From Octopus sinensis (Eukaryota), in contig NC_042998.1 of the NCBI RefSeq assembly GCF_006345805.1, positions 112,530,001 to 112,594,000 on the forward strand: a stretch of DNA of 64,000 bases, in the 5' to 3' direction. Under the pieces are notes generated by a model. It was given only the letters and a program-made list of their open reading frames with translations, searched no databases and was not told the DNA's origin. This document shows, piece after piece, positions 26,890-39,599 of the stretch. How positions within the stretch are numbered: position 1 is the stretch's first letter; each line of letters begins with the position of its first letter. The translations under genes were made by a program, and so were the position numbers.

Positions 26890-27186
26890 AATTGACTCTC
26901 CCGTCCTTAGACGACGTATGAGGGTTCGGAAAATTCTTGCCGAACAACCACACAGATGATTTGTTTCTAATGATCAAATCCTTCTGTACACGTAAGCTCA
27001 CTCCCTCCAACACATCGACATTACCTGTACAGGTGCAGCATGTGCTATATGTCAGATAACGAAATGATCGTGGAGCAACGTGAAATGAAATGCTTTGTTT
27101 GCACAAGAACACAACGCAACACCCGGTCTGGGAATCGAACCGACTATCTCGCAATGATGAGTGCAACACCCTAACCACTAAGCCAT
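26890..27186 (-). mobile_element. SINE family C
   Basis: Minus strand TGGCTTAGTGGTTAGGGTGTTG (A-box)...GGTTCGATTCCC (B-box)...GTGTTCTTGTGCAA...TTTCACGTTGCTCC. Confidence 0.8.
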
Positions 27187-27187
27187 G

Positions 27188-27289
<102 letters not shown>

Positions 27290-27598
27290 TATATATATAA
27301 TTGAAATATGTTTCAAAAAGAAAATAGACACTACACGTGGAAAAGATATGGGGAAACTAAGAAGAAAAAAAAGCGAAAATGCAGATTGAATATCAAAAAA
27401 CATAAAGGTTTTTTTTATGAAAAGTAGCGAAAAATAAATACAATTAGATGAACTGAAGTAGAATTAAGAGGAATTAAATTCATTATTTTTGAATTGTTAC
27501 AGAGATTCAAAGTCAAACTGGTGTCGTCATTGCTGTTCAATACACATACATACATACATACATACATACATGCATACATACATACATACATACATACA

Positions 27599-27630
<32 letters not shown>

Positions 27631-28107
27631 CACATACATACATACGCATATACACGTATATGCGTAACCAAGCATTGTTGAAATTCCACAGAAAGAGCCT
27701 TGGATTGAGATTAGAGACCAGCTCTTTTTCCTATAGCAAGAAATCTGGAAATAAAACTGAATAACAACATTCATAAAATAGACTGTTGAATCGTTGTTGT
27801 AGATGCCGGGTCGTCGAAGCCTTGTACGGCGTGTTTTGAACATTTTAGACAATACAGAGCCCATGTTGTTCCAAGTCTACCCATGGCCGGTTTCTCCACC
27901 CCCACCGCCACAAAAAAGTGGAAGACAGGGAGAAAGAAAAGGTTTGAGAAGAAGATGAATCGACCCGTGTACAAAACTAGTATTATATTTATCGATGCGA
28001 TATGTCTGAAACAAACATGACCTTCATAATATTTGTGTGTGTGTGTGTGTGTGTATTTATATATATCTACATACACTTACATATATGGTATATGTATATA
28101 TGAATTT

Positions 28108-28602
28108 TGTTACTCTTTTACTTGTTTCAGTCATTTTTACTGCAGCCATGCTGGAGTACCGCCTTAGTCGAACAAATCGACCCCGGGACTTATTCTTTGT
28201 AAGCCTAGTACTTATTCTATCGGTCTCTTTTGCCGAAGTACTAAGTTGCGAGGGCGTAAACACACCAGCATCGGTTGTCAAGCGATGGTGGGGAGTGGAC
28301 AAACTGACATACAAACACACGCATGTATACATATATATACGTGTTTGTGTGTATGTTTGTCCCCCACCATCACTTGACAACCGTAACTTAGTGGTTCAGC
28401 AAAAAATACCGATAATATATATATATATATATATACACGATAGGCTTCTTTCAGTTTCCGTCTGCCAAATCCACTCACAAGGCTTTGGTCGACCCGGGGC
28501 TATAGTAGAAGACACTTGCCCAAGGTGCCACGCAGTGCGACTGGACCTAGAACCAAGTGATTGGGAAGCAAGCTTCTTACCAAACAGCCACTCCACCGCC
28601 TA
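28108..28602 (-). mobile_element. SINE family B with a short internal duplication or insertion
   Basis: Head, CORE and tail as at 18484. A small opposite-orientation fragment lies at ~28350-28415. Confidence 0.85.
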
Positions 28603-28627
28603 TATATGCATTTATAAATATGTATGC

Positions 28628-28687
<60 letters not shown>

Positions 28688-29009
28688 GTATGTGTGTGTA
28701 TGTGTATGTGTATACATATATATATATATACAACTACATATATGCATGTATGTATTTATGTATGCTTATATGAATGTGTGTATATATATATATCTATACA
28801 TATATGTCCCTCTCCTTCCCTTTTCCTACTTCACTCTCTCTTTCTTTCATTCCCTCTGTTTTTTGTTTTTTTTTTGGGTGGGGGGGTTCCTTCTTCATTT
28901 CCCACGTCTTCTTCCCTCTTCCCTCCTCCCTGTCACCTATCAAATTTCTGCCACCTCCCGGCGTGGGATACATCCCTCGCACTAAATTTTTTATTAATGA
29001 CATTACAGT

Positions 29010-29273
29010 CTTCCACATCATCATCACCGTCGCCGTCGTCGTCGTCGTCACCGCAGTTGTCGTGATCGACATCGTAGTCATCGTCGTGTTATCATCATAA
29101 TCATAATTAATTATCATCATCGTTGATGCTGTCATTACTATCATCATCAGCATCATGTCGTCATTTGCAACAGTAGTCAGCATCCTTGTCGTCGTAGTAA
29201 GCGTCTCTGAACAATCATTACCATCACTATAATATCTATCATCGTGACCATCATAATCATCGTCGTCATCATT

Positions 29274-29308
<35 letters not shown>

Positions 29309-29900
29309 CATCATCATCATCATCATCATCATCTTCATCGTCGACGTTTTTGTCGTCATCGTCGCCGTCGTCGTCATCTTTGTCATCTCTACTTAGTGAT
29401 CTGCTAGAAATAGCAACCAAATCTTCCCCCAAATCACCTACTACCTGCTTAGAAATGATGGCATGTCGAGTGATGATATTGTGGAGAGGTTTTCCGAAAG
29501 TAATGCTTAATGGTCATGGTAGGATTGCGTTTCATCATATATCTGTGCAGGGACCGAAGAACATCATCATCATCATCATCATCATCATCAGCATCATCAT
29601 CATCATCATCATCATCAATATCATCATCCTATCACCATCACCCTCAAAGTCGTCATCATCGTCATCAATACCACGATCGTCGTTATTTTAATCCTCTTTT
29701 GCACCAACACTATCATCACCGCCATCATCATAATCACAAGCATCAGCTGCTGCGACATCATCATCATCATCATCATCATTACTAATTCCATCTCTACAAG
29801 CATTACCATTATCACCATCCCCATCATCAATAACATCACGATCATCAACAACATCATCATCATCACCATTACACCATCATCATTATCATCATTATCACCA
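29010..29900. repeat. Degenerate (CAT)n/(CGT)n low-complexity region
   Basis: Read directly. It produces spurious poly-D/M/H/S ORFs. Confidence 0.9.
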
Positions 29901-29902
29901 TT

Positions 29903-30155
29903 GTGGAGGCGCGTGGCGTAGTGGTTAGGGTGTCAGCACCATGATCATAAAATTGTGGTTTCGATTCCTGGACCGGGCGACGCGTTGTGTTCTTGAGCAA
30001 AACACTTCATTTCACGTTGCTCCAGTCCACTCAGCTGGCAAAAATGAGTAATGCTGCGATGCACTGGCGCCCCTCCAGCTGGGGAACACATACGCCATAG
30101 AAACCGGGAAACTGAGCCCATGAGCCTGGCTAGGCTTTAAAAGGGCGCATTTATT
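29903..30155 (+). mobile_element. SINE family C, well preserved
   Basis: TGGCGTAGTGGTTAGGG A-box, GGTTTCGATTCC B-box and core TTGAGCAAAACACTT...CTCAGCTGGCAAAAATGAGTA. Confidence 0.85.
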
Positions 30156-30889
30156 TATTATCATCATTATCGCTGTTTCCTCCAGTTTCAACATCACCGT
30201 CAGCACTACTCCCATCTTCATCAACATGACCCTCACTACCACTGCAATTACCATCGTCGACATCACCGTCGCCTCAATCACAGTCATGGCTTAACTATTG
30301 TCTTTCACTTTCTGTGAGCTTCTACTTTTATTTATCGGAATAAATAGTTCCCCCGGGTATTTTAGTTTTAGAGATTACACAGCAACATAAGTATATATGT
30401 ACTGAAGCGAAATGAAGTATTCATACAAAGTAGAATAGATTAGAAGAGCAGAGTGATGTAAATATTGTAACAGAGCGGAGTGAAGTGTAGTTTAGTGTTG
30501 TGTTGTGTATTTGTAGTGTAATGGTTTCAAATTTTGGCACAGGGCCAGAAAATTTAGGGCTGGAGTATCGATAGACTGCTACTTTATTTTATTGATCTCG
30601 AAAGAATGGAAAACAAAATCACCCAAATTACATATTACCTGCTTAGAAATGATGGTATGGCGGGTGATGATATTGTGGAAAGGTTTTCTGAAAATAATGC
30701 TTAATGGTCATAGTAGGATTGTGCTTCATCATATATCCGTGCAGTGAGCAGGGACCGAAGAACAGAAACATTATCATCATCATCATCTTCCTAACATCAT
30801 CACCATCTTCAGTCTTGCCATTAGGGTGGAGAACGGTTGTGTGCTTTTTCTGCTATTATTTCTTCTCAATTCGAACTTTGTCATGAGAA

Positions 30890-32250
30890 GATCGATTGAC
30901 CAAGTGATCTTGAGCAATGCTTGAAAGTCCCAGCTAAAACTTGCAGATCTGTACTTTGATAACATCCCAATACTTTCAAAGCACACAAATGAGTTAGAGA
31001 TAATGATAATCTGTCTCGAAATAAATAGTCCTATAAGTTGTGTTGAGGGTCAGTTGTTAATAAAACCAAAGGTATGTGGATTAGGAGTATGAAAGTAAAT
31101 TCACTCAACAATAAATCAAACAAGTTCAACAAACACAAATCTTTGAGATCCTAAGTTGATATCTGTTGCAGATTTGGTATTGCATCCGTTGTATTACAAA
31201 AGTATTCATTCAATTAGGTCGGCAACATCTATTGACAAGTCAGGTCAGATATGGGGACATGCACCCTTGCAGCGAGCTGCTGCGTTCACGATTTGTCGAT
31301 ATAATCCTGAGTCCAAGGCGGCCAGCTGGCGAAATGCACGCCGGGCGAAATGCTTAGCGGTATTTCGTTTGCTATTACGTTCTGAGTTCAAATTCCGCCG
31401 AGGTCGACTTTGCCTTTCATCCTTTCGGGGTCGATTAAATAGGTACCAGTTGCACACTGGGGTCGATAAAATCGACTTAATCTGTTTGTTTGTCCTTGTT
31501 TGTCATCTCTGTGTTTAGCCCCTTGTGGGTAGTAAAGAAATAGGTATTTTGTTTTACATTCTGAGTTCAAATTCCGCCGAGGTCGACTTTGCCTTTCATC
31601 CATTCGGAGTCGATAAACTAAGTACCAGTTACGTACTGGGGTTGATCTAATCGACTGGCCACCTCCCCAAGAAATTTCAGGCCTTGTGCCTAGAGTAGAA
31701 AATAATATATTCGTGAGTCCTCCTGGCGACCAGTCAGTCCCCATCTTCGTGAGATATATCCTCATCTGCAGTCATCATGTGACATATGATCAACCAGCAC
31801 GTGCTGTCAAGCCGGCCGGATCCTCAGTGAAGAGAATAAAGTAAGCAGTGTCTATTGATATTGCAAACAAAGTCCACTTCTACAAAACTGTTGTCATGCC
31901 TTTAACCATCTACTGGTTATCATGCCTATTGCCATGCCTTTAACTATCTATTGGAAAATCACAACCAAAAGTATCACAAAGTTAGTAAGTGTTCCATCAA
32001 AGATATTTGCGAAGAATCTTCAAGATCACATACAGGACTAGTCTCACCTGTGAAAAACACTGCAAAAAGTTTTCAGCAAAATCAGATGCCGTCAAGTGCT
32101 ACAGGCAGTATCTTTCATTGCTTGGCAGGGCATATATATCGTGCATGCTAGACAGACAGTATGCTAACACGTCAATATGCTGGCAACCACAAAGTGGGAG
32201 AAGAAAGATACTCTGCAGGAACTACGTCTTACAGGGAGAGAGAAAAATAG
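30890..32250 (+). mobile_element. Decayed RTE-clade LINE interrupted by a SINE dimer
   Basis: Peptides 'FHQRYLRRIFKITY', 'LAGHIYR' and 'WQPQSGRRK' (cf. RTE FHQRCLRRIL, WxGHVxRM, WxPxxGxR). Confidence 0.7.
31315..31705 (+). mobile_element. SINE family A dimer with ~16-bp TSD
   Basis: Unit 1 has the Tx1-like tail, joined at ...AAAGAAATAG|GTATTT to unit 2 with tail 1. Flanks atataatcctgagtcc / atatattcgtgagtcc. Confidence 0.9.
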
Positions 32251-32254
32251 CGAA

Positions 32255-32289
<35 letters not shown>

Positions 32290-32308
32290 GGAGGAGGAGG
32301 AGGAGGAG

Positions 32309-32345
<37 letters not shown>

Positions 32346-32597
32346 TCGACGACGACGATGATGACGACGATGATGATGATGATGATGATGATGACGATGA
32401 TGATGATGATGACGATGATGATGACGATGATGATGATGATGATGACGATGATGATGATGATGATGACGATGATGACGATGATGACGATGATGATGACGAT
32501 GATGATGACGATGATGATGACGATGATGATGACGATGATGACGATGATGATGATGATGATGATGATGATGACGACGACGACGACGATGATGATGAGG
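32255..32597. repeat. Long compound (GAT)n/(GAG)n/(GAC)n microsatellite
   Basis: Read directly; ~340 bp. Confidence 0.95.
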
Positions 32598-33241
32598 GTG
32601 GTAGTGATGATAGTTGGTGGGGAGTGCTGGCAGTGGTGGTAATATGAAGTTGATGATTACAAATGCGTTCTTCCGGGCGTTTAATGTTGATATCCAGTAG
32701 ATTTGCTTCATTGAAATCATTTCACTTCAGTTACATCCTAAATTGTCCTGTGACTGTTAATAGAAGCATACTTAAGCAGAGGTGTAACGATGGATTTTCT
32801 AAAACGTATATCATTGAAAACGGCTGTCTTCATTCAGTTTATTTTTTTAGATACTTGATGATTCAAGAGCCGAATTGGCTACCCACTCAAGGAGCTTCGC
32901 TACGCCTTACCATTATTGTTCGAAATAAATTTTTGTACTTAGTCTCATCATTTCAGACTTTCAGATGTTAATGTGAGTGAGTGTATATAATACCTATTCA
33001 TGGCACTAAACAAATACCAACGTAATTGTTGAAGTGAAATAATGTCGGATGGGAATCGAAATCGGATCGGCATTAAACACCTAGAATAAGAGATTCCTAA
33101 CATAAAATCCAGATCAACATCATCATGGTATCATGGTATCATAATAAATATCATCATCATTATCGTAATATCATCATCATCATCATCATCACCACCACCA
33201 CCTCTTTTATCATCGTCAAAACCCATCAAAACATTCATCGC

Positions 33242-33310
<69 letters not shown>

Positions 33311-34465
33311 TATCACCATAACATTTATCAGTATCATCATTGCTTTCATTATATCCTGAATGGCAGCTAATGATTTCCCTCTAATTGAAGAAAGACATAA
33401 CAGTGAAAGGACCAAGAATCGGAGGAAAAGAAGAATGAAGGCGAATGGAACGAGATTTTGAGGTATTTATGCTCTTTTTTCAAAACGCCTCTGTGGTTTT
33501 CCTATGAATCTAAAGGTTGTCTGAAGCACACTTGAACAAAAACTTTCTGTTTCTTTTGTTTTTTTCCTTTGTTGTTTTTATTGCTTTTGTCCAAGCCAAG
33601 GTCAATCCTGACCAAGCCAACTTAAGATTAATGCATTCATGCATTCCAACCATACCCGCCCTACCTTCTAAGTGCGTCAAGGACTACGTTATCAGGCGTA
33701 GAGTATGATTCGAGGGTGATTTATCTTATCATTGTTCTTATTTTTATGTCCTATGTCTGGAAATCAATCGTCGCACATCTTGTGACTATTTCAGCGATTT
33801 TCCATTCAACGTGTCTCTTCCTCTCCTGGTTTAGTTCAACAGATAAAATGGACTAAACAGGACAGGAAACACTTGGGAGGGAGAGTCGCTGAAGAGGTCG
33901 CAGGACGTGTGACGAAAGATTTCCAGAAATAGGAGATAAAAATAAGAGCAATAATAAAATAGATCTGAAGTGAAGAACGAATATATAGATTTGAGGAAGA
34001 TTCTCCTATTATTTCTTGCAAGAAGAACGATCCACGTAGAAGTTCCCTCGCTGAGTCAGACTTTTCGAGGAACCATGTGGAGGCCTCCGTAACACAGAGA
34101 CTGCCACAAACATCCGAAAAAATATAATAAATTGGTTTTCGTCAGCTTGGAAAAAACCTCAGAGTGTTGTGTCGATTCAAACGTCAGCTGTCAACGGAAT
34201 GAAAACAGCGGGTGGGCTGACGGCAACTGGATTGTTCGTTATTTTGGCATCAAATTCGGGATTTGGGTGGGTGGGTGTTGGCTGTTGTTGGCCGTGGTCT
34301 ACTTCTTCCGAATTTTAGTTATTTATTTATTAAACATTTATTTATTTAGTTCTTGCTTTTATTTTTATCCCCTTGAAATTGCTGGCCTTGTACCAAAATT
34401 TTAAAGAATTATCACTATTATTATTATTATTATAATTATTATTATTATTATTATTATCATTATTA

Positions 34466-34538
<73 letters not shown>

Positions 34539-35118
34539 TTTATTTGCTTCCCCATCTTAATATTATTTACTTCTCATTAGAAGTGTCTACTGATGAGATA
34601 TCGCTTTAGTCTAAAAACAGCAGTTTCCGAATTTCACATGAATAATTAATAAATTTCCTATCTCCACCCCCGGCCCCTACTTCTCTTTACTCCTTCCTAA
34701 TTCATGTTTGTCTTAAACCACCTGAACTCCACGCAGCTCTCAGTTAATCAAACCACACAAGTCAGATGTCATCTCCAACGAAAGAATCTCCATGTGTGGT
34801 GGTTCCCTGCCTGCGAGAAAAAGCAGCCAAGCTAACGTCAAACTATCAAACTATCAAACTACATAAAAATACATTCTACCTTGTCACCGTATGAGCACGT
34901 GCTCGTTTGTATGTGTGTATGTGTGTGTGTTTGTGTGCGTGGCTTTGTGCATTTGTGTGTGTGTGTGTGTTTGTGTGTGTGCATGAGTGTATGTGTGGTA
35001 AACGGCTTTTACAAACACACATACACAGATGTACCTTGCGCAACCCTACGTTCTACATACATACATGCACGCACTTAAACGCAAACACACACACGTATAT
35101 ACATTATTAAATAAATAC

Positions 35119-35149
<31 letters not shown>

Positions 35150-35177
35150 TATATACATACATACATACATACATACA

Positions 35178-35209
<32 letters not shown>

Positions 35210-35241
35210 CATATATATATATATGCATATGTATGTATAAT

Positions 35242-35304
<63 letters not shown>

Positions 35305-35616
35305 GCATACATATATGCTGTGTGCGTGTGAGTTTGTATGTGTTTGTGTGCGTATACACACACATGCACGAGCACACGCGAATCCATACAGAAAGAGAGA
35401 ATGTAACAAATAGATAGAAACATATTCATGAATCCGTACATACAGTGTTCATGAAGTAGAAAGAACTATATTTGAGCAAAATGTACCTATTTGTCTGTAT
35501 TAGTATATGTACATGTGTATATGTATATATACACATATACTTGCGCCCATAAATTTACAAATACATTTTCAATCACACACACATTTTCCTGTGTATATAT
35601 GTATATATATATATAT

Positions 35617-35664
<48 letters not shown>

Positions 35665-35667
<3 letters not shown>

Positions 35668-35882
35668 CGCAAGAGTGGCTGTGAGGTAAGTAGCTTACTT
35701 AATTTTATTTAATTTGCCACAAGGGCAGCAATGTAAGTAGCTTACTTACTAACCACATGGTTCCGGGTTCAATCCCACTGCGTGGTACCTTGCGCAAGTG
35801 CCTTCTACTATAGCCTCGAGTCGACTAAGGCCCTGTGTGTGGATTTGGTAAGCGGAAACTGAAAGAAGCCAGTCGTAATATA

Positions 35883-35913
<31 letters not shown>

Positions 35914-36082
35914 TGTGTGTGTGTGTGCGTGTGTGTGTATGCGTGTGTGTACATATGTTTGTGTGTCTGTGTCTGTCCCCACATCATCGCTTGACAACCG
36001 ATGCTGGTGTGTTTACGTCCCCGTAGCTTAGCGGAGCCATGTGGTTGGTAAGCAAGCTACTTACTACACAGCCACTCCTGCG

Positions 36083-36085
<3 letters not shown>
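35665..36085 (+). mobile_element. Rearranged SINE family B with an inverted second head and a 32-bp nested insert
   Basis: Head at 35665(+) and reverse-complement head at 36035-36085. Insert 35701-35732 is flanked by the 15-bp direct repeat GTAAGTAGCTTACTT. Confidence 0.8.
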
Positions 36086-36132
<47 letters not shown>

Positions 36133-36134
36133 AC

Positions 36135-36172
<38 letters not shown>

Positions 36173-36173
36173 C

Positions 36174-36224
<51 letters not shown>

Positions 36225-37055
36225 GTACTTACATATATGTATTATATATATACATACATGCATAACCATACATGCATACATATCTACATATGTCTATGTA
36301 TGTAATCGTATGATTTCATGAACGTATATTTGTGTATGTTTTGTATGTTTGAATGTACGTGAGTGTGTATGTGTGCATGTGTGTGACACTGCGCGCGCAC
36401 GTGTGTACGTGCGTGTACGTATATGTACGTGTGTGTGTGTGTTTGTGTGTGTGCGTCCATACGCTTGTGATGGTGCGTGAGAGAGTACTTCTATGTCAGA
36501 TCATACAGTCCGTTGGTGATCACAGCTGCTTCTTGTGAATTTGAATTTAATTGAGAAAGAATTAAGCCTTAACTGTTAATGTCTTTCGTAGAAGTGGGAT
36601 GAGGATGGCGATAGGAATGAGCTACAGCAGCTTGGCGTGTGTGGAGTGACAAGGGGCGAGCATGCAATAGTCGGCAGTTGGGACCAAGAAATACACATAT
36701 TTACGCACACATGCACACACATACACTTGAACACACACACACACTTATATGTGGAGTGTGAGCTTCTTATTAATACTTTGCATGTACCACGTCCTCACGT
36801 TGTTGTTTTTTTCTTGTGTTTTTCTCCGTTTTTTTTTTTTTGGTGGCGGTGGGGGCTGGATTAACTATGTATGTATGTATGTTTATGTTTCAATTATTGA
36901 ACCGTTGGACTGTGGGCATGTTGGGTCACGCCTTCAAGGATTTAGTCAAGCAAATTGACCCCAGTTTTTATATATTTAAAAACAATTTTGGTACTTATTG
37001 TATCGAACCTCTAGATTACAAGGACGTGAACGAAACCAACATTGGTTGTCGAGTT

Positions 37056-37280
37056 AAGGCGGCGAGCTAGCAGAAGCGTTAGCACGCCGGGCGATGTATG
37101 TCGTCTGTCGCTACGTTCTGAGTTCAAATTCCGCCGAGGTCGACTTTGCCTTTCATCCTTTCAGGATCGATTAAATAAGTACCAGTTTCGCACTGATGTC
37201 GATATAATCGACTTAATCCGTTTGTCTGTCCTTGTTTGTCCCTTCTGTGTTTAGCCCCTTGTGGGTAGTAAAGAAATAGG
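37056..37280 (+). mobile_element. SINE family A with Tx1-like tail, nested in a family B copy
   Basis: Head, core and tail present. Family B sequence (GGTTGTC...GGTAGTGGGTGTCAAACACAG) continues on both sides. Confidence 0.85.
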
Positions 37281-37372
37281 TAGTGGGTGTCAAACACAGG
37301 CAAAATGGCACACTGAACTATACATATATATTCACGTATATCTATATATACGTTCATACGTACATATAGATA

Positions 37373-37780
37373 TGTTTCTTTATTAGTCACATAGGGCTGC
37401 ACACAGACGGGACAAATTACAAGGTAGAGCTTTTCTTTTGGGGATTAAAAAAGTGGGGCTTGGTTTTCGATCAAAAGGGATCGTAAAAGGAAAGAAAGAG
37501 GAAAGCAAAAGCAAAACAAAATGAAAGGGGGGAGGATAAAATAAAAGGAAAAAGAGAAAATCGATGAATAGGGATCGTTATCACAGAAATGTCAATATAA
37601 AGTGTAAAGGGGAAGACAGATGAGGTTTACCCGTGGAAAGAAAAGCCTACGAAAAAGACCACGGTAACCTCGGTCAATGAAGCCACATATTACTTTTTTT
37701 TTACAAATATGTAACTCTCTGTATTAAATTTTTTACCGTTCATGAGATCATACTCAAGGTGGCTTCGTCATTCATACGTG
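37373..37780 (-). mobile_element. L1/Tx1-clade LINE 3' end (last codons plus 3' UTR)
   Basis: Encodes 'RMNDEATLSMI', as at the end of ORF 40925-41143 (RMNDEATLSII). UTR matches 41140-41560. Confidence 0.92.
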
Positions 37781-37797
37781 TGTGTGCAGAGAGAAAT

Positions 37798-37925
<128 letters not shown>

Positions 37926-38111
37926 CAGCCAGGCGCAATGTGATACCATAAAGGAAAAAATCCAATCGTCAATAAATGTAACTAAGGATGCCGAAGTACC
38001 TATATTGCTAGAAACAAACGTTAAAACACTCTTAAAGCTGTAAGAAGAGCGCAAAATGTATACAGACATGCTGACAGGGGAGACAACAACCTCATGACCG
38101 ACTCAGACTGT

Positions 38112-38165
38112 ATCCTCAGACTATATTTGGTTTCGCCTTTGATTGTAGACATCATCAGTGAGGAC
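38112..38165 (-). ncRNA. Type I hammerhead ribozyme motif
   Basis: Minus strand GTCCTCA-[CTGATGA]-T-GTCT-acaatcaa-AGGC-[GAAA]-C-caaatata-G-[TC]^-TGAGGAT. 7-bp stem I, 4-bp stem II, 2-bp stem III, intact core with the extra U seen in Penelope-type hammerheads. Confidence 0.8.
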
Positions 38166-38210
38166 TGCTCGAACAGGACGTGGTCGGTTAATTTCCTCTA
38201 CCATCCAGTA

Positions 38211-38246
<36 letters not shown>

Positions 38247-38544
38247 CATTGTGTGTGTTTGTGTTTGTGAGTGTGTGTATTTATATGTATTTATATGTGT
38301 ATATATATGTGTGTGTGTGTGTGTATGTATGTGTATGTATATATATATATATATATATATACGGCCTTCCGCACAGTTTCTCACTGCAAGAATCATTTAC
38401 ATAGCAGTGGTCGACCCGCAACTGTTGTAGAAGGCACTTGCCCAAGATGCCTCGCGCAGTGAGACTGAACCCGAAAACATAAGGTGGCAATGCGAGCTTC
38501 TTTACCACGCAGCCATTATGTGGTAGTAGTAGTAGTAGTAGTAG

Positions 38545-38601
<57 letters not shown>

Positions 38602-39470
38602 AAAATTACAGCAGTGGCAGTAGCAGCAGCAGCAGCAGCAAAAGATCCTGGAATCCGACCCGTGAGAGAATGAGCTCTTTGTAGGGCCTTTCGCAAATTG
38701 TAAAATATACACTCTACATATTGGATCGTTATCTGAATTATGGTCTTACGAGATTTATACTGGACATATTTCATCTATCTATTTATCTATCTATCTATCT
38801 ATCTATCTATATATATATATATATATATATATAGGTAAACAGAAAAATATTACAGACATGGACAAGAACACATTGAAACCACAGAGACGACACAAGAACC
38901 ACAGGACGGGACATTCGAAGCCCTCAGTCTCAGTCAAGAACCAGATCATCTTAGCAATTTCGGCTGATTAATTTGAGATTGCTCCGATATGGCCAGCCAG
39001 CCAAGGGAATCTAAGCCAAGCGCATTAGATCCCCTGGAAGAAAGCTTCGAATGTATACAACGCGAGGACGGAAACGAACGAATACATAACAAAAATACAG
39101 AATACGTGACACCAATAAGAATACAAAACGTAAAAACGAATAACGGTAAAAATAAAAAATAAACAACAAAACAAAACCAGACATGGACAAGGGTCTTTCG
39201 ACAGACGAGTTAAGTATGGGGCTGGCTTGTGAATTGGCCTAATGGCCACGGGGAGACGAACAAATACGTGTTGCTTTGCGGTGCTGAAAACGAAAAGAGC
39301 GCTCAACGGCGGCTAGCTGTCACGTGAGAACAGAAGACAGGAGAAAGGGACAGATGAAAGAGAGGAAGGTGGACGAGGGAGGAGAAGAAAGAGACAGATC
39401 GAGGGGCTGGAGGTGAGAGAGATAGAGAAACGTATAATATATATATATATATATATCTACCTGTCTGTCG

Positions 39471-39501
<31 letters not shown>

Positions 39502-39599
39502 CTATCTATCTATCTGTCTCTCTCTCTCTATATACTATATATATATATATATATATCTACCTGTCTGTCTGTCTATCTCTCTATCTATCTACCTATCAA

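Noticed and set aside
27415-27864. ORF 'MGSVLSK...' resembling a myristoylated protein
   Set aside because: It begins within a probable retroposon tail and runs into a (TATG)n microsatellite; no recognisable domain.
32177-32647. Poly-Asp ORF resembling an acidic biomineralisation protein (aspein-like)
   Set aside because: It is a pure (GAT/GAC)n expansion at the end of a decayed RTE, open in several frames on both strands, with no signal peptide or splice context.
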